Shown: piece after piece, positions 57,514 to 64,000 of the stretch
Layout of the letters: every line of letters begins with the position of its first letter
How positions within the stretch are numbered: the stretch's first letter is position 1
Assembly (NCBI GenBank): GCA_963764165.1
Contig: CAVXRD010000005.1
Span: 29,651-93,650, forward strand
Direction: 5' to 3'
Source of the DNA: an uncultured Verrucomicrobiae bacterium
GTDB lineage: Bacteria > Verrucomicrobiota > Verrucomicrobiia > Limisphaerales > Palsa-1400
DNA: 64,000 bases
Translations under genes and position numbers: made by a program
Notes under the pieces: generated by a model
What the model was told of the DNA's origin: nothing
The model's input: only the letters and a program-made list of their open reading frames with translations
The model's database searches: none

Positions 57514-59690
57514 CGAACTATCCTGATTTCACCAAGATCGACTTCGAGGCCAAGCCGAAGCACACCAGTTTCGAGGATTGGCGAAACCACTTCGAGTCCG
57601 ATGCCCGCGAATCGCTTGACGAGGCCATCCACAAAACGCTTGAGGGCGTGGACATCCGCCCGCTCTATGTCGCGGACGATCTCGCCGATTGCGAGCATCT
57701 CCAAACCATGCCGGGCATCGCGCCCTTTCTGCGCGGGCCTTATGGATCCATGTATGTGACAAAGCCGTGGACCGTCCGCCAGTACGCGGGATTCTCGACC
57801 GCGGAGGAAAGCAACGCGTTTTATCGCCGCAACATCGCGGCCGGGCAGCAAGGATTGTCGGTGGCGTTCGATTTGCCCACCCATCGCGGCTACGATTCCG
57901 ATCATCCGCGCGCCATTGCCGACGTTGGCAAGGCGGGCGTGGCGGTCAATTCGGTGGAGGACATGAAGATTCTCTTTCAATCCATTCCGCTGGATCGCAT
58001 TTCTGTTTCGATGACGATGAACGGCGCGGTGCTGCCCGTGATGGCGTTTTACATCGTCGCCGCCGAGGAGCAGGGAGTGAAGATCGAGCAGCTTTCCGGC
58101 ACGATCCAAAACGACATTCTGAAGGAATACATGGTGCGGAACACTTACATTTATCCGCCCGCCCCTTCGATGCGCATCATCGCGGACATTTTCAAATTCA
58201 CCTCCAAGAACATGCCGAAATTCAATTCGATTTCCATTTCCGGCTATCACATGCAGGAAGCGGGAGCGACGGCGGACTTGGAAATGGCCTACACGCTGTC
58301 GGACGGCTTGGAATATGTCCGCACGGGCATCAAGGCGGGAATTGATATTGACGCCTTCGCGCCGCGCCTTTCCTTTTTCTGGGCGCAGGGAAAAGATTTC
58401 TTCATGGAGATCGCGAAGATGCGCGCCGCCCGCGCTTTGTGGGCCAAGCTCATCGCGCCGTTCCATCCGAAGAATCCGAAATCGCTCGCGCTGCGCACGC
58501 ATTCGCAGACATCCGGCTGGTCTCTGACGGAGCAGGATCCGTACAACAACATTTCCCGCACGTGCCTCGAAGCCATGGCCGCGGCTTTCGGCCAGACGCA
58601 ATCGCTGCACACCAATTCGCTTGACGAGGCCATCGCGCTGCCGACGGATTTCTCGGCGCGCATCGCCCGCAACACGCAGCTTTTCCTGCAAGAGGAAACC
58701 GGCATTTGCAAAGTGATCGATCCGTGGGGCGGCTCCTATTTCGTCGAGGCTCTCACGCAAGCCCTGATGAAACGCGCGTGGGCGCACATCCAGGAAGTGG
58801 AAGGCTTGGGCGGCATGGCGAAAGCCATCGAAACGGGTTTGCCGAAATTGCGCATTGAAGAGGCAGCCGCCCGCCGCCAGGCCCGCATCGACTCGGGCAA
58901 GGAGGCGATTGTCGGCGTGAATATCTTCCGCCTGGAAAAAACCGAGAAGCTCGACGTCCGCGAAGTGGACAACACCGCCGTGCGTCAATCGCAAATTCAA
59001 CGCCTGCAAAAAATCCGCGCCGAGCGCGACAGCGCCAGGGTTCAAGCCGCGCTGGATGCGCTGACGCAAGCCGCAGAATCCAACACCGGCAATCTTCTCG
59101 CGCTGGCCGTTGACGCCGCTCGCGTCCGGGCCACGCTGGGCGAAATTTCATATGCGCTTGAGAAAGTTTACAGGAGGCATAAAGCTGTGATTCGCACTGT
59201 GTCCGGGGTTTATCAATCGGAATTTGGGCAAGATCCGCAAATCGAACAGGTTCGCAGGCTGACCGACGATTTTGCCCGCAAACAAGGACGGCGCCCGCGC
59301 ATTCTCATCGCCAAGATGGGCCAGGACGGACACGACCGCGGCGCGAAAATCATCGCCACCGCCTACGCCGATCTCGGATTTGACGTGGACATCGGCCCGC
59401 TCTTCCAGCAACCCGACGAAGCCGCCCGCATGGCCGCTGAAAACGACGTCCATATCGTCGGCATCAGCTCGCTGGCCGGTGGACATAAGACATTGCTCGT
59501 CCAATTGGTGGAGGAACTCAAAAAAGTTGGACGTCCCGACATCATGGTCGTGGTCGGCGGAGTCATTCCGCCGCAGGATTACGATTTTCTCAAGGAAAAC
59601 GGCGCGGCGGCGGTGTTCGGCCCGGGAACGTGCATCCCGGACGCCGCGAAGGAATTATTGACACAACTGGCCGCCCGCCTGGCCGCATGA
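57510..59690 (+). CDS. mutB: Methylmalonyl-CoA mutase large (alpha) subunit
   Basis: [38 protein letters not shown]12 motif. Confidence 0.97.
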   Translation: MTNYPDFTKIDFEAKPKHTSFEDWRNHFESDARESLDEAIHKTLEGVDIRPLYVADDLADCEHLQTMPGIAPFLRGPYGSMYVTKPWTVRQYAGFSTAEESNAFYRRNIAAGQQGLSVAFDLPTHRGYDSDHPRAIADVGKAGVAVNSVEDMKILFQSIPLDRISVSMTMNGAVLPVMAFYIVAAEEQGVKIEQLSGTIQNDILKEYMVRNTYIYPPAPSMRIIADIFKFTSKNMPKFNSISISGYHMQEAGATADLEMAYTLSDGLEYVRTGIKAGIDIDAFAPRLSFFWAQGKDFFMEIAKMRAARALWAKLIAPFHPKNPKSLALRTHSQTSGWSLTEQDPYNNISRTCLEAMAAAFGQTQSLHTNSLDEAIALPTDFSARIARNTQLFLQEETGICKVIDPWGGSYFVEALTQALMKRAWAHIQEVEGLGGMAKAIETGLPKLRIEEAAARRQARIDSGKEAIVGVNIFRLEKTEKLDVREVDNTAVRQSQIQRLQKIRAERDSARVQAALDALTQAAESNTGNLLALAVDAARVRATLGEISYALEKVYRRHKAVIRTVSGVYQSEFGQDPQIEQVRRLTDDFARKQGRRPRILIAKMGQDGHDRGAKIIATAYADLGFDVDIGPLFQQPDEAARMAAENDVHIVGISSLAGGHKTLLVQLVEELKKVGRPDIMVVVGGVIPPQDYDFLKENGAAAVFGPGTCIPDAAKELLTQLAARLAA

Positions 59691-59693
59691 TTC

Positions 59694-60722
59694 ATGCAAT
59701 CAGCGTCATCCAAAACGTGGAGTCCGAAGGACTACGTTACCGGTGTCTTAGCCGGGGATCGCAGCGTGCTCTCCCGCGCCATTACGCTGATTGAAAGCCA
59801 GTCGCCCCGCCACGAAGCGATGGCCCAGGAGGTTTTGCAGACTCTGCTCCCGCACACTGGAAAGGCACGCCGGTTAGGCATTACCGGCGTGCCTGGTGTG
59901 GGAAAGAGCACGTTCATCGAGGCTTTCGGATGCTATTTGACAGGGCAGGGGCATTCACTGGCGGTGTTGACGATTGATCCCACCAGCAAGCGTTCTGGAG
60001 GCAGCATCCTCGGCGACAAGACGCGCATGGAAAATTTGAGCCGCGATCCCAAGGCATTTATTCGCCCGTCGCCAGCGGGCGACACCGTAGGCGGCGTCGC
60101 CCTGCGCACGCGCGAAACGATGCTCTTGTGCGAGGCGGCGGGATTCGACCTCGTGCTGATCGAAAGTGTTGGCGTCGGCCAAAGCGAAACGGCGCTGCGC
60201 TCAATGGTGGATTTCTTTTTGTTGCTGCTGCTGCCGGGTGGCGGCGACGAATTGCAGGGCATCAAGCGCGGCATCATCGAAATGGCCGACGACATTGTTG
60301 TCAACAAGGCGGACGGCGAAAACCGTTTGCGGGCCGAGCAATCCCGCCTCGAGCAGCAGGCCGCGCTCGGCTGCATGCAGCCCGCCACGCCCGGCTGGAA
60401 AACGGAGGCGAATCTCTGCTCTGCGCGATCGGGCGAAGGCATTCCCGAAATCTGGCAGCGCATCGATAAATTTTTCAGCGAAATGACCGCCAAGGGCGTC
60501 ATCGCCAAACGCCGCCAGCAGCAATCCGTCGAGTGGCTGGCCGATTTCGTCCGCGAGGAACTGCAGCGCCGCTTCGAGACGAATCCGCGCGTGCAAGCCC
60601 ATTATCCCGACATCCGCGGCGCGCTGCTGCGCGGGGACTTGACCGTCGTCGCCGCCGCGCGGGCGCTGCTGGCGGATTTTGACGGCTCGCCGGAGAACAT
60701 GTTTTATGATAACAAAAATTGA
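59694..60722 (+). CDS. meaB: Mutase-associated GTPase MeaB/ArgK
   Basis: GVPGVGKST, GGSILGDKTRM, VGVGQSE, NKADG. Confidence 0.96.
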   Translation: MQSASSKTWSPKDYVTGVLAGDRSVLSRAITLIESQSPRHEAMAQEVLQTLLPHTGKARRLGITGVPGVGKSTFIEAFGCYLTGQGHSLAVLTIDPTSKRSGGSILGDKTRMENLSRDPKAFIRPSPAGDTVGGVALRTRETMLLCEAAGFDLVLIESVGVGQSETALRSMVDFFLLLLLPGGGDELQGIKRGIIEMADDIVVNKADGENRLRAEQSRLEQQAALGCMQPATPGWKTEANLCSARSGEGIPEIWQRIDKFFSEMTAKGVIAKRRQQQSVEWLADFVREELQRRFETNPRVQAHYPDIRGALLRGDLTVVAAARALLADFDGSPENMFYDNKN

Positions 60723-61116
60723 CCATCTCGGAATTGCTGTCCCATCGCTGGATCAAGCCGTGCCGTATTACGAAAAGGCGCTTGGCTTGAAATGCGAGCA
60801 TCGCGAGGAAGTTGCCTCGCAAAAAGTTCGCACCGCCTTTTTTCGAGTCGGTGAAGTTCATTTGGAATTGCTCGAGCCCACCAGCCCGGACAGCCCCATC
60901 GCGAAGTTTTTGGAAAAAAATCCTTCCGGCGGAATTCATCATGTCGCGTTTGGCTCCAGCGATGTGGCAGGCCAGCTTGCGCAGGCTTCCGGCGCGGGAG
61001 TGAGATTGATCAACGAAAATCCGGTGGAGGGCGCGGGCTGCAAATTGGTCGCGTTTCTTCATCCCAAATCCACCTTCGGCGTGCTTACCGAATTGTGCAT
61101 GCCCAAACCTTCCTAA
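60706..61116 (+). CDS. mce: Methylmalonyl-CoA epimerase
   Basis: IDHLGIAV, ELLEPT, GIHHVAF, FLHPKSTFGVLTEL. Confidence 0.95.
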   Translation: MITKIDHLGIAVPSLDQAVPYYEKALGLKCEHREEVASQKVRTAFFRVGEVHLELLEPTSPDSPIAKFLEKNPSGGIHHVAFGSSDVAGQLAQASGAGVRLINENPVEGAGCKLVAFLHPKSTFGVLTELCMPKPS

Positions 61117-61134
61117 GGAACGCGCGGAGAATTT

Positions 61135-62685
61135 ATGATACAGAAAGCATTGTTGGAAGACCTCGAGAAAAGGCGGGCCACGGCCAAAGCCGGCGGCGGC
61201 CAGGACAAATTGGACGCCCGCCGGAAGAAGGGCGTGATGACCGCGCGTGATCGCATTGACACGCTGTTCCAGGCCGGGACATTTCAGGAATCCGGCCTGC
61301 ACGCCACGCACGATTGCCACAACTTCGGCCTGGAGGAAAAGGCTCTCCCCGCTGACGCCGTCGTCACCGGCACTGGGATTGTGGATGGACGGCAGGTGGC
61401 GGCCTTCAGCCAGGATTTCACCGTCGGCGGCGGGGCGCTCGGACGCATTCACTCCAAAAAAATCTGCGACGTGATGGATCACGCGCTCAAAACCGGCTGC
61501 CCCGTGGTCGCTTTCAACGATTCGGGCGGGGCGCGCATCCAGGAAGGCTTCGATTCGCTCGCCGCTTATGGTCAAGTATTTTTTCGGAACGTGCTGATTT
61601 CCGGCGTGGTGCCGCAAATCGCGATCATCGCCGGGCCTTGCGCGGGCGGCGCGGCATATTCGCCCGCGTTGATGGATTTCATCATCATGATCAAGGGCGT
61701 GGCCAATATGTTCATTTGCGGCCCGGAAGTGATTCAGGCCGTCACCGGCCAGAAATGCACGATGGAAGAAATCGGCAGCGCCACCGCCAACGCCAGCGTC
61801 AGCGGCAACGTCCACTTCATCGCCGCCAATGACACCGAGGCGATCCAAATCGCGCGGCGTCTGCTGAGCTATCTCCCTTCGAACAATCTGCAAGACCCGC
61901 CGCATCAACCGGCCAAGGACATTGACTTGGGCGCCGATCCCGAGATGGACGCCCTCCTGCCGGCGACGAGCAAGGAGCCGCTCGATGTTCACAAAGTCAT
62001 CGCGCGTTTGGTTGACAACGGAGAAATGCTCGAAGTCCACGCGGAATTCGCCAGGAACATCGTGGTTGGATTCGCGCGCATCCAGGGAATCGTGGTCGGC
62101 ATCATCGCCAACAATCCGGAAGTGAAAGCCGGAACGCTGGACATCGATTCGTCCGACAAAGGCGCCCGGTTCATTCGTTTCTGCAACGTCTTCAACATCC
62201 CGCTGGTGACGCTGGTGGACATTCCCGGCTTCATGCCGGGTGTTCAGCAGGAGCGCGGCGGCATCATCCGCCACGGCGCAAAAATGCTCTTCGCCTACGC
62301 CTCCGCCACCGTTCCAAAGATCACCGTCATTTTGCGCAAAGCCTACGGCGGCGCGTATCTCGCCATGTGCAGCGGCGACATGGGCGCGGATTACGTCTTC
62401 GCATGGCCAACGGCGGAAATCGCCGTGATGGGAGCGGAAGGCGCGGTGAAAATCCTCTTCAAGCGCGAAATCGCCGCCGCCAAGGATCCGAAAGCCAGGG
62501 AAGCGGAATTGGTCAGAGAGTATCGCGAGAAATTCTGCTCGCCCTACGAAGCCGCCAAGAAAGCCATGATTACCGATGTCATCGCGCCTTCAGAAACACG
62601 CGCCCGAGTTTCGATGGCTCTTCGCAGCACACTCACCAAACGCGAAACGCGCCCGCCCAAAAAGCACGGCACCATTCCGCTCTAA
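61135..62685 (+). CDS. Acyl-CoA carboxyltransferase (transcarboxylase 12S/MmdA/PccB family)
   Basis: QDFTVGGG, DSGGARIQEG, GPCAGGAAYSPAL, RKAYGGAY, KKHGTIPL. Confidence 0.93.
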   Translation: MIQKALLEDLEKRRATAKAGGGQDKLDARRKKGVMTARDRIDTLFQAGTFQESGLHATHDCHNFGLEEKALPADAVVTGTGIVDGRQVAAFSQDFTVGGGALGRIHSKKICDVMDHALKTGCPVVAFNDSGGARIQEGFDSLAAYGQVFFRNVLISGVVPQIAIIAGPCAGGAAYSPALMDFIIMIKGVANMFICGPEVIQAVTGQKCTMEEIGSATANASVSGNVHFIAANDTEAIQIARRLLSYLPSNNLQDPPHQPAKDIDLGADPEMDALLPATSKEPLDVHKVIARLVDNGEMLEVHAEFARNIVVGFARIQGIVVGIIANNPEVKAGTLDIDSSDKGARFIRFCNVFNIPLVTLVDIPGFMPGVQQERGGIIRHGAKMLFAYASATVPKITVILRKAYGGAYLAMCSGDMGADYVFAWPTAEIAVMGAEGAVKILFKREIAAAKDPKAREAELVREYREKFCSPYEAAKKAMITDVIAPSETRARVSMALRSTLTKRETRPPKKHGTIPL

Positions 62686-62690
62686 ACACC

Positions 62691-63116
62691 ATGAGCATTA
62701 CAACAATACTTGTCCAATTGATCATATCGGCGGTGGTGGTTCTGATTTACCACATTTGGGCTACGGAAAGAAAGCAAGCCGTCACTCCACCGCCCGTTGT
62801 CAACGTCACGGTCAATCCGCCGCAAGTGGTGGCGCCGCCGCCTCAGATTGTCGTGAATCCTCCGCCAGCGCTGCCGCCCGCCCCCGCTCTCGTCGCGATG
62901 ACAGTCCCGGCGGCGGAGACTGTCAAGAAAGCATCAAGCAAGGCTGAAGCGGTTGCTCCGGAAATCCTGGCTGTCATCGCGGCAGCGGTTGCGGTAGTAA
63001 TTGGCCGGCCCCATCGCGTTCTCGCTGTGCAGGAAGGCAGCGTCCGCACGCCCGAACTGAACGTCTGGGCGCTCGAAGGCCGCGTGGAACAATTCTTGTC
63101 CCACAGAGTTCGTTAA
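62691..63116 (+). CDS. Membrane-anchored OadG/MmdD-like linker subunit
   Basis: N-terminal TM helix, Pro-rich linker, EILAVIAAAV, WALEGR. Confidence 0.7.
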   Translation: MSITTILVQLIISAVVVLIYHIWATERKQAVTPPPVVNVTVNPPQVVAPPPQIVVNPPPALPPAPALVAMTVPAAETVKKASSKAEAVAPEILAVIAAAVAVVIGRPHRVLAVQEGSVRTPELNVWALEGRVEQFLSHRVR

Positions 63117-63134
63117 CCATTGCCGACAAAAGTT

Positions 63135-63536
63135 ATGATCAAGAAACTTCGTGTAACAGTGGATGGCAAATCTTACGACGTCAGTGTTGAAGTGCCCGAT
63201 GAAAATGGCGCATCGGCCGCGCCCGCGCTGCCTCCCATTTCCGCGCCTGTCCCGGCGCTCGTGGCGCCGGCGACTCCCCCACCATCTGCTGTCACAACAA
63301 CACCGTCGCCCGCAGGCAACGGCGCAGACGATGTCAAAAGCCCGCTGGCGGGCCGCATTATTGCCATCGCCGTTCAAGTGGGCCAGGCCGTGAAGGAAGG
63401 CGACAACCTTCTCACGGTCGAGGCGATGAAAATGAACACCTCTGTCAACTCGCCCAAGGCCGGCACGGTCGCCGAAATTCTGACCACGGTTGGCTCCGCG
63501 GTCGACGAAGGCCAGGCGCTCATCCGGCTGAGTTAG
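63135..63536 (+). CDS. Biotin carboxyl carrier protein (1.3S/MmdC-like)
   Basis: KLRVTVDGKSYDVSVE, Pro/Ala linker, EAMKM. Confidence 0.95.
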   Translation: MIKKLRVTVDGKSYDVSVEVPDENGASAAPALPPISAPVPALVAPATPPPSAVTTTPSPAGNGADDVKSPLAGRIIAIAVQVGQAVKEGDNLLTVEAMKMNTSVNSPKAGTVAEILTTVGSAVDEGQALIRLS

Positions 63537-63540
63537 AATT

Positions 63541-64000
63541 ATGATCACCCCCGCTGTAACCGAACCCACGTACGTCAGCGACGGCTGGGCCGTTCACGAA
63601 GTCCCGGTCACCGCATCTACAAATCTCGCCGCCGCGACTCTTCCCGTTTGGGAAGCGATGCGCGCCGATCGCCAGACGGCGGGGCGCGGGCGCTTCCAGC
63701 GCGGCTGGGTTTCCGACGAAGGCGGCCTGTGGCTTTCCGCCGTGGTGCCAGCCGGGGCGGACGCCGCGGCATTGCCGCTGGCGGTGGGGCTCGCCGTGTG
63801 CGACTCCCTGCGGAGCCTCGGCTTGAAGCGCTTTCGCGTGCGCTGGCCAAACGACATTCTTGTCGACGATCGAAAGCTGGCGGGTCTCCTGGTGGAGCGA
63901 TTTCATCCGGTCGCGGCAGTGGCAGGCATTGGCATCAATGTTCTCAACCACCCGGAAAATTGCGACCCGGAGTTGAAAAATCAAACGGTGCGGCTGGCGG
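63541..64000 (+). CDS. birA: Biotin-protein ligase, runs off the window
   Basis: Hand translation: ASTN, QTAGRGRFQRGW, RWPNDI, RKLAGLLVE, GIGINV. Confidence 0.9.
   Translation, partial: MITPAVTEPTYVSDGWAVHEVPVTASTNLAAATLPVWEAMRADRQTAGRGRFQRGWVSDEGGLWLSAVVPAGADAAALPLAVGLAVCDSLRSLGLKRFRVRWPNDILVDDRKLAGLLVERFHPVAAVAGIGINVLNHPENCDPELKNQTVRLA

Overview
GC-rich bacterial chromosomal window. The gene set and intergenic repeat styles suggest Verrucomicrobiota (Pedosphaera-like); this assignment is inference. From left to right: (1) an IS4 element sitting symmetrically inside a REP-like palindrome; (2) a fucose-isomerase-like gene, an orphan GspE/PilB ATPase, an HpnI-like glycosyltransferase and a PAS kinase/HD-GYP pair; (3) a probable sigma54 operon fliW-csrA-'mini-flagellin'-methyltransferase-~2040 aa five-domain glycosyltransferase; (4) an adenylate cyclase followed by a ~7.5 kb accessory island (20.1-27.7 kb) with REP/REPIN elements, an IS200-like transposase lacking its catalytic Tyr, three TA-like pairs whose second gene is broken, and an AT-rich SIR2 + DUF4062 gene pair enclosed by nested, inward-facing repeats; (5) housekeeping and transport genes (M28 peptidase, livKHMGF, hicBA, glcD-like, RRM protein, rsmI, FadL, nnr, two-component genes); (6) H+-PPase, adk and a transcarboxylase/methylmalonyl-CoA mutase (propionate) cluster running off the right edge. 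No rRNA, tRNA or CRISPR array was seen. Best novelty candidates are the repeat-bounded nested cassette island with the SIR2/DUF4062 pair and the stand-alone flagellin C-terminal protein in the fliW-csrA operon. All calls come from motif reading; no searches were run.
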